DNA of 58,185 nt, the filler included, from Bilabrum cf. latius (taxonomy: Eukaryota): the NCBI GenBank assembly GCA_965178125.1. It is 2 parts of 2 records of this genome, joined end to end, with 100 filler letters (N's around TTAATTAATTAA, not from the genome) between each part and the next. Parts side by side here need not be neighbours in the genome. Positions count along the whole stretch, not along the records: positions 29,258 to 58,185 come from CBCXTV010000020.1; 1 more part is not named here. One strand, 5' to 3'. The notes under the pieces are model-generated. The model had not been told where the DNA came from. It did not search any database and saw nothing but the letters and a program-made list of their open reading frames with translations. The position numbers were made by a program, and so were the translations under genes. This document shows, in pieces, positions 58,050 through 58,185 of the stretch (the stretch's first letter is position 1; each line of letters begins with the position of its first letter).

Positions 58050-58185
58050 CGCCTCCTCCAGTCGTGTTTCGCATGTCTTTCGCTGGCCGAAAATGTCTCC
58101 GAAGGCGCTGCCTCGAGGGGGGTTCCGATGGCTGATTTTGGGCGTTCGGTTGTCGATTTCGCGTGCATTTCAGGTTGTCGGCGAG

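Overview
Eukaryotic, GC-rich, repeat-dominated DNA, most likely from a dinoflagellate (inference from GC-AG and GA-AG introns that restore reading frames). The window is two contigs joined by an artificial linker (44 N + TTAATTAATTAA + 44 N, 29158-29257), so no adjacency across it can be assumed. Contig 1 (1-29157): the right 18.8 kb of a very large CACTA/EnSpm-type DNA transposon. It has an intact 655-aa DDE transposase and a CACTA terminus at 18847, where it interrupts a LINE reading frame. It carries at least four uninterrupted cargo genes (SET-like, AP2, Pro-rich RapZ-C-like/AcD-like, and a possible second AP2-like protein) and a 12-unit, ~210-bp subterminal array with two palindromes per unit. 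Downstream lie a LINE 3' fragment (zf-RVT + RNase H), a TA-flanked foldback MITE and a decayed APE-RT LINE with an extra 3' ORF. Contig 2 (29258-58185): a heavily shuffled patchwork that appears to derive from one multi-gene element. It encodes a geminivirus/CRESS-like Rep (HUH + SF3 helicase, scattered in fragments), a pogo-like DDE transposase, three CxxC..CxxC zinc-finger proteins, a GT25 glycosyltransferase fusion and small coiled-coil proteins. It also has an iteron-flanked stem-loop and a young, internally deleted copia LTR element (AAATT TSD). Domain calls are by-eye motif recognition; no database searches were run.
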